The position numbers were made by a program, and so were the translations under genes. DNA of 64,000 bases from a virus: positions 19,982 to 83,981 of the IMG/VR virus record IMGVR_UViG_3300043449_001732, one strand, 5' to 3'. Shown here piece by piece: positions 18,621-27,972 of this stretch. The notes under the pieces are model-generated. The model was not told where the DNA came from. It saw nothing but the letters and a program-made list of their open reading frames with translations, and did no database searches. The stretch's first letter is position 1. Each line of letters begins with the position of its first letter.

Positions 18621-20597
18621 GTGGCCAATCGTCGTATTTCTGAACTTCCGCTCCTAGCTGGGGCGGATGTAGCCGAGCAGGATCTGCTGACGATGGTCCA
18701 CGTATTCGAAGTGGACCCTACCCTTAAAAATAAAAAGATCACAATCTCTGGTTTTGGAGATTACCTCTCAACTAAATACGTAACAACCACTGGTGGCACA
18801 GTAACCGGCAACGTCTTAGTACAAGGGGACTTAACTGTAACTGGCGTTACTGTTGTCAATGCATTCACTAGTAGTGGCCTTGGAACGTTTAGTGGCGTCT
18901 TAGTTCAAAACAACCTGACCACAAGTGGTACGATTAGTGGTCAAACAATTACGGGCCAGGCGCTTCAATCTGTAACACTCAACTCGGCAACAGGTACATT
19001 CACTACGGTTACTGGGGCAACTTCAAACTTTGTAAGTGGGAATTTTAGTACCCGACTCTCGGGTGCAACCATTACCGGTAACACGCTTCAAGCAACGTCC
19101 GGACAATTTAGTTACCTGAGTGGCGCCACAATTACAGGTGGTTTGGTCCAGGGTGTAAGTGGTGTTTTTGGCACGCTTGCTACGCCTGTTCTTGATGTAA
19201 GTGGTAACTTGTCCGTTGCGAGTGGACTGACCGTTACTGGCCTTGCTCAATTTGCATCAGGCGTACAAGTCACTGGCACGTTATCAGGAACAACCGTCAC
19301 TGGGACAGTGGCACGTTTTACTAGTGTTACTGGTGTAACGGGTGTATTTACAACTACGTTGTCAGGTGCATCCATTACTGGGACAATTGTTAATGCAACA
19401 TCAATCACTGGTGTATCTGGCACTTTTACATCAAGGGTATCGGGGGCAACCGTAACAGGTAACGTAGGGTCCTTTGGCTCAGTCAGTGGCATTTCAGGTG
19501 TATTTTCCCAGGTTCTTTCTGGTGCTGTAATTACCGGAGATGCTGGTCAGTTTGCGGTAATCACCGGTGTTTCTGGTGTATATACCAATTTATCTGGTGC
19601 CACGGTCACTGGTGATATTGTTGCAGCCACAAATGTATCGGGTGTTTCCGGTGTATTTACTAGCCGTATCTCAGGTAATACCGTTACCGGCACCACTGCA
19701 GCTTTTACAACCATTACAGGTGTCTTTGGTGTATTCACTACTCAGGTATCAGGAGCAACCATCACTGGTACCAGTGGTCAATTCACAAATGTAACGGCAG
19801 GCACTGGGGTATTTACTCTTGTTTCTGGTACTACTGTCACGGGTAATACAGGTGCGTTCACTAACCTCACTGGTATTGCAGGTGTCTTTACCACCAGTGT
19901 GTCAGGTGCAACCGTAATAGGTACAACAGTTACCGGTGCGACAGGCATCTTCACTTATGTAACTGGTACCACGATTACCGGCATAAACGTTAACGCTGCT
20001 ACTGGTGTATTTACCACTCTTCAAGCAACAAACCTTAGTTTTACTAACACCACAATCTCGGGTGACTTAAACGTTGTTGGCTCTGGTTTTATTGGTTCTG
20101 GTTTATCTGTAACCGGAACTATCAGCGGGCAAACGGTAACCGGTACAACGGCAGCTTTTACTTCAGTCACTGGAGTGTCCGGTGTCTTTACCACGCGTTT
20201 ATCGGGTGCAACAATTACGGGTAACACAGGATTATTTGCAAATGTAACAGGTGTTTCTGGTGTATACACTTATCTTTCAGGTGCAACCGTTACAGGTGAT
20301 ACGGCTAATTTCAGTAATGTAACTGGTGTTAGTGGCACATTTACAACACATTTGTCGGGTGCAACCATTACGGGTAACACTGGACAGTTCAGCAACATCA
20401 CAGGTGTTTCCGGCACGTTTACAAGCACTCTTTCAAGTGCAAATATTTCCGGAACCAACGCAACTATCACCAACATCACCGGCGGTACACTCGCGATTAC
20501 AACCCCGTCTGGCGATACTCCCGCCATTGTCTGCTCAGGTGTTGTTTCTGGTAGCGCCAGTGGTTTTATAATCAAAGGCCCCTTGATTATTCTTTGA
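18621..20597 (+). CDS. Thr/Gly/Ser/Val repeat tail fibre
   Basis: N-terminal MANRRISELP anchor; many SGAT(I/V)TG...F..VTGVSG.FT repeats. Confidence 0.8.
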   Translation: MANRRISELPLLAGADVAEQDLLTMVHVFEVDPTLKNKKITISGFGDYLSTKYVTTTGGTVTGNVLVQGDLTVTGVTVVNAFTSSGLGTFSGVLVQNNLTTSGTISGQTITGQALQSVTLNSATGTFTTVTGATSNFVSGNFSTRLSGATITGNTLQATSGQFSYLSGATITGGLVQGVSGVFGTLATPVLDVSGNLSVASGLTVTGLAQFASGVQVTGTLSGTTVTGTVARFTSVTGVTGVFTTTLSGASITGTIVNATSITGVSGTFTSRVSGATVTGNVGSFGSVSGISGVFSQVLSGAVITGDAGQFAVITGVSGVYTNLSGATVTGDIVAATNVSGVSGVFTSRISGNTVTGTTAAFTTITGVFGVFTTQVSGATITGTSGQFTNVTAGTGVFTLVSGTTVTGNTGAFTNLTGIAGVFTTSVSGATVIGTTVTGATGIFTYVTGTTITGINVNAATGVFTTLQATNLSFTNTTISGDLNVVGSGFIGSGLSVTGTISGQTVTGTTAAFTSVTGVSGVFTTRLSGATITGNTGLFANVTGVSGVYTYLSGATVTGDTANFSNVTGVSGTFTTHLSGATITGNTGQFSNITGVSGTFTSTLSSANISGTNATITNITGGTLAITTPSGDTPAIVCSGVVSGSASGFIIKGPLIIL

Positions 20598-20644
20598 ATA
20601 TAAGTTTTAAAAAGCTAGAATCGTAAAAAGGATTTGTTAAAACA

Positions 20645-22234
20645 ATGCCATACGGTGAAATTCGGGTTGATACTATTACCTTTACCAACGCGGGCGTCGA
20701 TAAAAGCATTACCGTTTCTGGGTTATTTGCGTCTACTTCTGGTAATTTAACTGTTACTGGAACTATTTCAGGTACCACGTTTACTGGTACAACCGCAAAC
20801 TTTACCAGCGGTAACGTCACCACGTTTAGCGGTGGTACATGCACTATTACTTCAGGCGTATTTGCCTCTGGTACGGCAACAAATCCATCAATCAGTTTCA
20901 TTACAGATTCAAATACAGGTCTTTACTCCCCCGGCGCAGACCAGCTTGCCATCAGCACCGGCGGCACGGGGCGGTTGTTTGTTGACAGTGCCGGCAGAGT
21001 GTTGATCGGACAAACAACAACAGGACTGCAAGCCGTTAGATCGATGGCTTGGCAGGGAAGCGGCGAGGGAACGTTATACATCAGCCACTCCACCGCCGAC
21101 GGTAATGGCGATCCATTCATAAAGTTTGGCTATAACGCAGGCGAGATTGGTTCCCTGCGTCAAGCCGGCCTTACAGGTGTTGGCTTGTTTAGCGCTGATT
21201 ATTTGAATTTCGGCTCAAGTAATACCGAGCGCATGCGCCTGGACGCTAGTGGCAGCTTCCAGTTCAAAGGCGCTGGTACCGCAGGTGTCACCCAAGCCGT
21301 TAGTTTTAATGGCAGTGCACCTGTTAATAGCCTTGTCATCGACAGCTCTGGCAGGCTGTTGGTGGGGACGAGTACAGGGCGTAACATTGCCGATGCAGCG
21401 CAAGGCCGTATTCAAGTTGAAACTACTAATTATGGCGGTATTTCAATTACTAACAACATAGCAGACCCAAGTTGTGCAACTTTAGCGTTTGGCAAACAAA
21501 GATCTGGGGCGGTTGGTGGAAGCACGATTGTTCAGAATGGCGATTTGCTTGGTGCGATATTCTTTGGCGGCGCAGACGGTACTGATATTGAAACTCAAGG
21601 CGCAAGAATTGAAGCAGCTGTAGACGGCACCCCCGGCGCTAACGACATGCCGGGCCGCCTGGTTTTCAGCACCACCGCCGACGGAGCGAGCAGCCCGACG
21701 GAGCGGATGAGGATTACGAGTGGTGGGCGCTTCAATAATGTCTCCACAGAAGCCGGCATCTTTTCCGAGACAACACAAACAGCTGGCACTTCTTTTGTTG
21801 TCTTCCAAGGTAGGTACGGTGCTACGGCGGGCAACCCTCTTAGCGGTACTACATCGTTCCAGGTTTTTTCAAACGGAAATGTTCAAAACACCAACAACTC
21901 CTACGGCGCCATCTCTGACATCAAGCTGAAGGAGAACATCGTTGACGCCAACTCCCAATGGGACGATTTAAAAGCCCTGCAGGTTCGCAACTACAACTTC
22001 AAAGAAGGTCAGACCCACACCCAAATCGGCCTTGTCGCCCAGGAGGTTGAACTTGTCTCCCCCGGACTCGTCACCGAATCCCCCGACCGCGACGCAGAAG
22101 GCAACGACCTCGGGACCGTCACCAAAAGCGTCAACTATTCGGTGCTCTACATGAAGGCAGTCAAGGCGCTGCAGGAAGCAATGGAGCGCATCGAAACCCT
22201 CGAGGCCAAAGTTGCAGCCCTTGAGGGCGTGTAG
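20645..22234 (+). CDS. Tail fibre with C-terminal intramolecular chaperone (peptidase S74-like)
   Basis: GLYSPGADQ and ERMRI repeats; SDIKLKENI...IGLVAQEVE...VKALQEAMERIETLE. Confidence 0.9.
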   Translation: MPYGEIRVDTITFTNAGVDKSITVSGLFASTSGNLTVTGTISGTTFTGTTANFTSGNVTTFSGGTCTITSGVFASGTATNPSISFITDSNTGLYSPGADQLAISTGGTGRLFVDSAGRVLIGQTTTGLQAVRSMAWQGSGEGTLYISHSTADGNGDPFIKFGYNAGEIGSLRQAGLTGVGLFSADYLNFGSSNTERMRLDASGSFQFKGAGTAGVTQAVSFNGSAPVNSLVIDSSGRLLVGTSTGRNIADAAQGRIQVETTNYGGISITNNIADPSCATLAFGKQRSGAVGGSTIVQNGDLLGAIFFGGADGTDIETQGARIEAAVDGTPGANDMPGRLVFSTTADGASSPTERMRITSGGRFNNVSTEAGIFSETTQTAGTSFVVFQGRYGATAGNPLSGTTSFQVFSNGNVQNTNNSYGAISDIKLKENIVDANSQWDDLKALQVRNYNFKEGQTHTQIGLVAQEVELVSPGLVTESPDRDAEGNDLGTVTKSVNYSVLYMKAVKALQEAMERIETLEAKVAALEGV

Positions 22235-22280
22235 TCCTATTAATTATTCCCCCTGGTAAAATAAAAGAAAACTATTTGTT

Positions 22281-22604
22281 ATGGCTAACACTGTTTGGGA
22301 TATTGCCAACATGGAACGTCATCTTCCCGATGGCGAAATTTGTCCTGATGGCGCCATCTACACTGTCCACTGGACTGCATCCCTGGAAGAAGACGGCGAA
22401 ACAGCAGGTGCATACGGCAGCATTGGCCTTGGCGATCCCGACCCCGACTCCTTCGTTCCGTTTGATCAGCTGACCAAAGAAGAGGTCGTTGGTTGGGTGC
22501 TGTCGGCACTTGGTGTTGATCAGGTTGTTTCTATTGAAGAGGCACTGCACAACCAAATTCAACAAAAAATTCATCCCACTTCGGCCACTGGTGTTCCTTG
22601 GTAA
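22281..22604 (+). CDS. Tail-fibre-associated small protein
   Basis: TVHWT...GAYGSIGL...FVPFDQLTKEEVVGWV...GVPW, typical of ORFs after S74 fibres. Confidence 0.7.
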   Translation: MANTVWDIANMERHLPDGEICPDGAIYTVHWTASLEEDGETAGAYGSIGLGDPDPDSFVPFDQLTKEEVVGWVLSALGVDQVVSIEEALHNQIQQKIHPTSATGVPW

Positions 22605-22639
22605 TTACTTGCTATACTTTTTGAAGTCACTTGTTTAAC

Positions 22640-22816
22640 ATGGCTTGCAAAAAGTCTGATCTTATTTCGGCAATTAATTCCTTTGGTTCTGCCCGTGCTA
22701 CCGGCGATGGCAACCTCATTGCTTTTGCCGGTAACTTGATTGGTCAACTCCTGGATACCCTTGAGTTTGAGCCCGAAACCCCGGAAGAAACCACTGAAAC
22801 TGAAGTCGTAGAGTGA
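22640..22816 (+). CDS. Hypothetical protein
   Basis: ATG after TGCTATACT extended -10. Confidence 0.55.
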   Translation: MACKKSDLISAINSFGSARATGDGNLIAFAGNLIGQLLDTLEFEPETPEETTETEVVE

Positions 22817-22858
22817 TTTGGTACACCTGATTTAGAGTTAGTAAAAAGCTCTAGGTCG

Positions 22859-23971
22859 ATGTCCATAAAACTTGTTGAAGCGGCTCGGTACTTCAAAGAA
22901 CAACCACATCAAGTTGATGCGTGGAATTGGCTCCAGGCTCAGATACCCTCTGAGACCCTGGAGTCTTTTGCTATCAAATACCGCACAGCGCCAAAACCTG
23001 TGGAAACCTACCCCAATACTTGGGAAGGTGTGATGAAAGCAGGTAAGGACGCTGGTGCAAAATACCCTGAATGCGTTGCTGCTCAATGGGCACTTGAATC
23101 AAATTGGGGTAAGGACACCTCAGGTACTCATAACTACTACGGGCTTAAAGGGTCTGGCACTACGGTCAACACACAAGAATTCATCAACGGTCAATGGGTA
23201 ACAATCAAGGCTGGATTTATTGATTTTCCCGACCTTTACACCTGTACTTGTTACCTGGTTGACCGCTGGTACAAAGACTATGGCACATACAAAGGTGTGA
23301 ACCGTGCAACAAGCAGGAACAACTGCGCGCAATTATTGGTTACAGAAGGATACGCTACAGATCCTGGTTACAGCACCAAGCTGATCCAGATTATGGATAA
23401 ACAACTTGGTACGCCAGGAGGTAATACCACTGATGCGACAACATCTAAAACACTGTCCGTACCTTACTTTTATCAACTTGACAACCAGTCTGGTACGGGA
23501 TATCGCGAGTGTTTTTCTTCGAGTTGTGCTATGGTAGCCGGTTATTACAACTTGGTAAAATCGGATGACGAATACAATAAAATCCGCGCCAAATACGGAG
23601 ACACGACCAGCAAAGATGCTCAGCTTGCAGCTTTGCGTTCCCTGGGACTCAAGGCAACATTCATCACCAACGGTAATGCAGCCCTCCTAGAAAATGAAAT
23701 TCGCAACGGCAGGCCAGTAGCTGTTGGTTGGCTGCACCAGGGGAACATTAATTACCCGACTGGTGGTGGACATTGGACGTGCTGCATCGGGTTTACGCCA
23801 GATACATTTGTACACAACGATCCAAATGGAGAAGCCGATATGTTAAACGGTGGTTACGTCAGTAATTCTGCAGCGCGTGGCAAAGGTGTAAAGTACAGTA
23901 GAAAAAATTGGTTGCGTCGCTGGGAATGCGACGGTAATAATACAGGTTGGGCAATTCTTGTATCAAAGTGA
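22859..23971 (+). CDS. Bifunctional endolysin: GH73 glucosaminidase + C39-like cysteine peptidase
   Basis: AAQWALESNWG...NYYGLKG...GYATDPGY; VPYFYQLDN...CFSSSCAM...GGHW...VHNDPNG. Confidence 0.88.
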   Translation: MSIKLVEAARYFKEQPHQVDAWNWLQAQIPSETLESFAIKYRTAPKPVETYPNTWEGVMKAGKDAGAKYPECVAAQWALESNWGKDTSGTHNYYGLKGSGTTVNTQEFINGQWVTIKAGFIDFPDLYTCTCYLVDRWYKDYGTYKGVNRATSRNNCAQLLVTEGYATDPGYSTKLIQIMDKQLGTPGGNTTDATTSKTLSVPYFYQLDNQSGTGYRECFSSSCAMVAGYYNLVKSDDEYNKIRAKYGDTTSKDAQLAALRSLGLKATFITNGNAALLENEIRNGRPVAVGWLHQGNINYPTGGGHWTCCIGFTPDTFVHNDPNGEADMLNGGYVSNSAARGKGVKYSRKNWLRRWECDGNNTGWAILVSK

Positions 23972-24129
23972 AACGTAATAAAGATTTAAAGATTCGAGTA
24001 AATATTTGTTGGGAGGTTGGCGACGAAAAAAAATGCGCAACCCTCAGTAAAGAAGAGGCTTACGCAACAAGAAAATGGGTTGAAGACAACAATGGTGTTG
24101 TGTTCTGGAGTCAGGTCTTGCCTGATTAA
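23968..24129 (+). CDS. Hypothetical protein
   Basis: GTGA overlap with endolysin stop. Confidence 0.5.
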   Translation: MKRNKDLKIRVNICWEVGDEKKCATLSKEEAYATRKWVEDNNGVVFWSQVLPD

Positions 24130-24827
24130 TCAGCGTTCTTTAAATACTGAATAGCATTTTCCAAATTAGAAATATCATCAAAGAACAATCCCAGTCCTGT
24201 ATTGCAATGTGAACACAACAATCCCCTTACTTTATTTGTTTCGTGATCGTGATCAACACACAAGATGCCAGGAGAAGCTCCAACGCCAGGAGCCCGAGCT
24301 GCTGGTACGCCACAAATTTTACATTTATAATTTTGCTTATCTAACAAATCAAAATAACCATCAAGAGTTAGGCCGTACTTTTTAAGATTTGCACTTCGAA
24401 TTTTATCTTTGTATACAGTTTTATTTTTTAAACTACAACACTGTTTACACCAAGCTCCTACTTTTCCGATTTTTCTTCCATTAGGTTCAGGCGGAAAATT
24501 TTCAAACGGCTGAATTAAATTGCAGCTGCCACATATTTTGACATTGTCCTGAGCTAGTGCATATTGAGTCTTATACCTTACTGCATTAATTTGTTCTTTT
24601 GCGCATTTTCGACAGCCTTTGCCGGCAAGATGGTTTGTTGCCAACTGTTGAAATTCACCGTGCCTTGAACAAATGATCGTAACAGCGTTTTGCTGTCGAC
24701 TAAAAGTTGTGGGTACTAAAGAATAATCGTAAAGGTCACCGTGAATCCCCCTGGCCCTATCGATGAAATACTCGGCTCGCTGTTGCCGACTTGCACCCCT
24801 AGGGAGTTGTTGTTTATACTTGGTCAT
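24126..24827 (-). CDS. Endonuclease VII-like free-standing endonuclease
   Basis: HGDLYDYS...CSRHGEF N-domain; YGLT...QNYKCKIC...VDHDHETNKVRGLLCSHCNTGLG; AT-rich. Confidence 0.88.
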   Translation of the reverse strand: MTKYKQQLPRGASRQQRAEYFIDRARGIHGDLYDYSLVPTTFSRQQNAVTIICSRHGEFQQLATNHLAGKGCRKCAKEQINAVRYKTQYALAQDNVKICGSCNLIQPFENFPPEPNGRKIGKVGAWCKQCCSLKNKTVYKDKIRSANLKKYGLTLDGYFDLLDKQNYKCKICGVPAARAPGVGASPGILCVDHDHETNKVRGLLCSHCNTGLGLFFDDISNLENAIQYLKNAD

Positions 24828-24893
24828 GGCCACACATGTCCTGTGGTTATTTGGCAGTGATGTTTGCGGCATCACTGCTTTTTATTTTAACAA

Positions 24894-25058
24894 TTAACGA
24901 TCCTTGGCGCGGCCCACAAGTAAACCGCCGATTTCAATAAGACGATAAACCTTGCGCAAAAACCGGTCATCACGCGGGTTGGGAGTCAAAGCGCAAATAG
25001 CAGAACATGCTGCATGAATGGCAAGAGCCACTTCAAGGTACTTGTTAAAATGTGCCAT
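24894..25058 (-). CDS. 54-aa holin-like membrane protein
   Basis: MAHFNKYLEVALAIHAACSAICALTPNPRDDRFLRKVY..., translated by hand; near endolysin. Confidence 0.5.
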   Translation of the reverse strand: MAHFNKYLEVALAIHAACSAICALTPNPRDDRFLRKVYRLIEIGGLLVGRAKDR

Positions 25059-25076
25059 GGATTTATCCTGTTTCTT

Positions 25077-25502
25077 TTATTCTACGAGACTTGATTTGTA
25101 AAAGAAAAAAGATTTGTGTTCATCAGAGATTTCCCACTTGGAATTCTCATGGCGCATAAACCATTTCTTCCACACTTGAAACTGTTTATCTGGCAACGCA
25201 CACTCACATTTCAAACATATTGAATCTCCTGCTGGCAACTCAATAATCCATTGACGAACTTGACGAATGGCTAAAGCTTGAGTCTTGGGGCCAAACTTAC
25301 CGGTCAAAGATGAATCCATCTGGCGCACTCGTTTGTTCTTGCGCCTGTTCATCCAATCGTTGAGTTGCCTCCCAGAACGGGACACTGCCATGCTGGCTAA
25401 CCACACACAACCATTCGTCGTCTTGATCCAAGGGATCAAACGCAGTTTTAGGCGCATTTTCTGGGCTAAAAAAATCGTCCCAATCTTTTTGCGTCGCTTC
25501 AT
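25077..25502 (-). CDS. Hypothetical protein
   Basis: 141-aa ORF; only candidate for 25077-25296. Confidence 0.6.
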   Translation of the reverse strand: MKRRKKIGTIFLAQKMRLKLRLIPWIKTTNGCVWLASMAVSRSGRQLNDWMNRRKNKRVRQMDSSLTGKFGPKTQALAIRQVRQWIIELPAGDSICLKCECALPDKQFQVWKKWFMRHENSKWEISDEHKSFFFYKSSLVE

Positions 25503-25512
25503 AAATAGCCAT
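25297..25512 (-). CDS. Possible acidic overlapping ORF (MAIYEATQKDWDDFF...)
   Basis: TAATG coupling to the CP12-like stop; overlaps 25077..25502 in another frame. Confidence 0.35.
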   Translation of the reverse strand: MAIYEATQKDWDDFFSPENAPKTAFDPLDQDDEWLCVVSQHGSVPFWEATQRLDEQAQEQTSAPDGFIFDR

Positions 25513-25625
25513 TAGTCTTCGTAGATACGGCACTCTCGCGCCCAAGGATTATCTTGACAGTAAGTAGCAAAAGCTTTGGTGGGGTTGTGTTTTTTCTTCA
25601 GTAAGTGCAAAATAAATTTGAACAT
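25512..25625 (-). CDS. cp12: 37-aa CP12-like protein (C-terminal Cys loop only)
   Basis: Ends AFATYCQDNPWARECRIYED = CP12 C-terminal motif (C..NP...ECR.YED). Confidence 0.75.
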   Translation of the reverse strand: MFKFILHLLKKKHNPTKAFATYCQDNPWARECRIYED

Positions 25626-25629
25626 TTTG

Positions 25630-26526
25630 TTACGGGCGGTCAACAAGAGGCAGGAAAATTTCAGGTAGACGTGCATCGGGATCTCTTTCGCGTTTCCATG
25701 CATCGGACCATTCCGCTAATGAATGTTCATGTTCTACATCTGTAGTGTAGCTGTCACTTGGCTCTAATTCAAATTTGTCATCAGCTTCTGGTGACATAAA
25801 ACCAATAAACCAAGTTGATGTGGCTGGTATTGTTACCGTTGCACCACTATCAATGGATGCTGCACTAAACGTATATGCATTAAACCCTATCGGTATTGAG
25901 TAGTTAACATTGAAGTTTGGTCCAATAACAATAGTATTGGACAAGTCAAGTGTAGTCTCTGCAACCAAGAAGCTTCCATCTAGGTCTTCCAGTAAAATAA
26001 AAGAATCCAGGGCGGGAAATTCAACAACTAACCCCAGGGAATAATCAAGCGGTTCGTTCCTAGTACTAGAAATACAGAGTAAATAACTGCCCGCTTCTAA
26101 GATGAAGTAAAGATCGTCTCCTTTATTTAACGTGTAAGAGTTAAAGGTGTTTGCCAGATCAGAACCGGCCCCCATTGTGTGGCCAAGATAGGGATAAAAC
26201 TTTTCTCCGTCCGCATTAGTTGTTGAAACGCTGTCCGCTTGAAAGATCATGCGGCCTTCAATTGGAGTCTTATTTAGGTCGTATGTAGAAACCTGGATAT
26301 AGTTAGGACGCGGTCCGCCTTTCTGTGTAATAATCCAGGCTGGGCTAGTAACGTTGAGCTGAAACCAATGGTTCATGGTGCCACCACCATAACCATTCAA
26401 ACCCACTATATTTTTAGGCCCTAGTTTTCCCGTTAGATAGCGAAGTGATGTTTCGCTGAACGTACCCAGAACAAGGGGATTATCTTGGGTACGTTGCCGC
26501 TGACTTGTATTAGATACTCTGCTCAC
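25630..26526 (-). CDS. Hypothetical protein, possibly structural
   Basis: 298-aa ORF, beta-rich. Confidence 0.6.
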   Translation of the reverse strand: MSRVSNTSQRQRTQDNPLVLGTFSETSLRYLTGKLGPKNIVGLNGYGGGTMNHWFQLNVTSPAWIITQKGGPRPNYIQVSTYDLNKTPIEGRMIFQADSVSTTNADGEKFYPYLGHTMGAGSDLANTFNSYTLNKGDDLYFILEAGSYLLCISSTRNEPLDYSLGLVVEFPALDSFILLEDLDGSFLVAETTLDLSNTIVIGPNFNVNYSIPIGFNAYTFSAASIDSGATVTIPATSTWFIGFMSPEADDKFELEPSDSYTTDVEHEHSLAEWSDAWKRERDPDARLPEIFLPLVDRP

Positions 26527-26570
26527 TGCATGATACTAACTCCGTATATCCATTGTACTCGGAGCGTGTT

Positions 26571-27605
26571 TTAGGCATCCTCGTGGTAATCAGGGACATC
26601 ATTGACTTCACAAGGATGCGCAATAGAAGGTTTGTAATCACGTTCAATTAACTCCTGGGTTTTTTTCAGGCGTATCGCACTGCTTGCCGCCATTAGTTTT
26701 TGTGCATCAAAGTGTGTGTCAAAAGGTTCCAGGCGTTTTGGTGGCAGCCCGCGATTCCAACGAGAGAACATATGAAGGGGGTTGCCGCACCAAGGGTTAC
26801 CGCACAGTCTGGTCACTGACAAGAAGCCGACATCTCCCCATGCACACTGGTAGAGGAGCTTATGGAAGTTAACGTTCTCAGAAGTCTGGTCACTGTAAAA
26901 CGCCCTGTAGGAAGGGAAGCACACACGGCGGGGACTGACTTTCCCTGGGGCATTAATCTGCCAGCACTCGTCTGGATGGCCGATCTCAACTTTCTCCCAC
27001 AACCGAAAGTACTTGTACTTATACCGTTCGTTTAAAAAGTTAATGTCAAAGCCACATACGTTGGATTGAATTTTGATTGCACAGTGGTAGCACCAATGCT
27101 CTTGACTGTTTCTGATGGTATGCCCATGGGCACATGGATACCCCTTGTAGTAACCAAGTGTTTTTAACTCTTCTTCTGATAGGGAGTCAATGCCCTTGAC
27201 GTAAGTAAAGAGTCCAGACGCAGGTGGCTCGACGGAAGCGCCTATCAACTCGGGATCAATCATGGGCTCTAGCTCGACAATAGTAGTGTTTTTTGATTTC
27301 AGTAGGCATGACTTGAGTCCTAGGCGGTTGTCCTTGTCCTCATTGGCTGTCGTATGGACAACGGCATGCTCATCAGGGCATAGACCGGTACGTAGATAGT
27401 AGACGATCCGGTGAGCCTGGTACTCCTGCCCGTCAATACAGACAATGTAGTGACCGGTTTTCTTGTGGATGCGCCCCGCTGGATCCCCCTGGTTGTAGCC
27501 AGCTTTGTCAACGAGCCATTCAAGGCCACTAGGGTACCGGACGGAAAGCTTGTACAGGCTTTCCAGGTACTGGATGGGGGGCATTTCCTTGTAGTTGCGT
27601 GGCAT
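26571..27605 (-). CDS. Protein with two degenerate His-Me-finger (HNH-like) nuclease modules
   Basis: YQAHRIVYYL...VVH...DNR and ECW...HKLLY...VTRLCGNPWCGNPLHM. Confidence 0.6.
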   Translation of the reverse strand: MPRNYKEMPPIQYLESLYKLSVRYPSGLEWLVDKAGYNQGDPAGRIHKKTGHYIVCIDGQEYQAHRIVYYLRTGLCPDEHAVVHTTANEDKDNRLGLKSCLLKSKNTTIVELEPMIDPELIGASVEPPASGLFTYVKGIDSLSEEELKTLGYYKGYPCAHGHTIRNSQEHWCYHCAIKIQSNVCGFDINFLNERYKYKYFRLWEKVEIGHPDECWQINAPGKVSPRRVCFPSYRAFYSDQTSENVNFHKLLYQCAWGDVGFLSVTRLCGNPWCGNPLHMFSRWNRGLPPKRLEPFDTHFDAQKLMAASSAIRLKKTQELIERDYKPSIAHPCEVNDVPDYHEDA

Positions 27606-27659
27606 GGGTGGGATGCGTACTCCGGAATCATACACGAGAAATGGTCCAAAATCCAGGGC

Positions 27660-27972
27660 TGCAAAAATCTTCAGAATAAGGTTAAATTCTTTTTGGTATA
27701 GGGAAAAATGACACTTTTGCCATCTTATACGGAATCACTGGCTGCTTCTTTGTGCATCTGTCTTATTTGTATCTCACCATAAGACGTTCCGTATAAAAAG
27801 CAAAAAGTGTCATTAATCTCTACATCAAAAAGAAAACAACCTTATCCTGAATTTCTCTGCAAGTCTTAGTCGTCTCAGCCATGTCTTACTTGAGACGTTC
27901 CGTATAAAAGCGCAAAAGTGTCATTTTTCCCTACATCAAAAAGAAAGCGACCTTATCCTGAATTTTTCTGCA
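27660..27972. repeat. Three ~75-bp repeats (one inverted, two direct); candidate replication origin
   Basis: 27787-27861 and 27898-27972 direct; 27660-27734 is their reverse complement. Confidence 0.85.

Noticed and set aside
19023-20901. Several antisense ORFs over the repeat tail fibre
   Set aside because: Artifacts of repetitive Thr/Gly/Val codons lacking antisense stops
27660-27972. Possible CRISPR mini-array
   Set aside because: Units are 75 bp, imperfect, one is inverted, and no cas operon is present; the PD-(D/E)XK protein lacks Cas4 Fe-S cysteines
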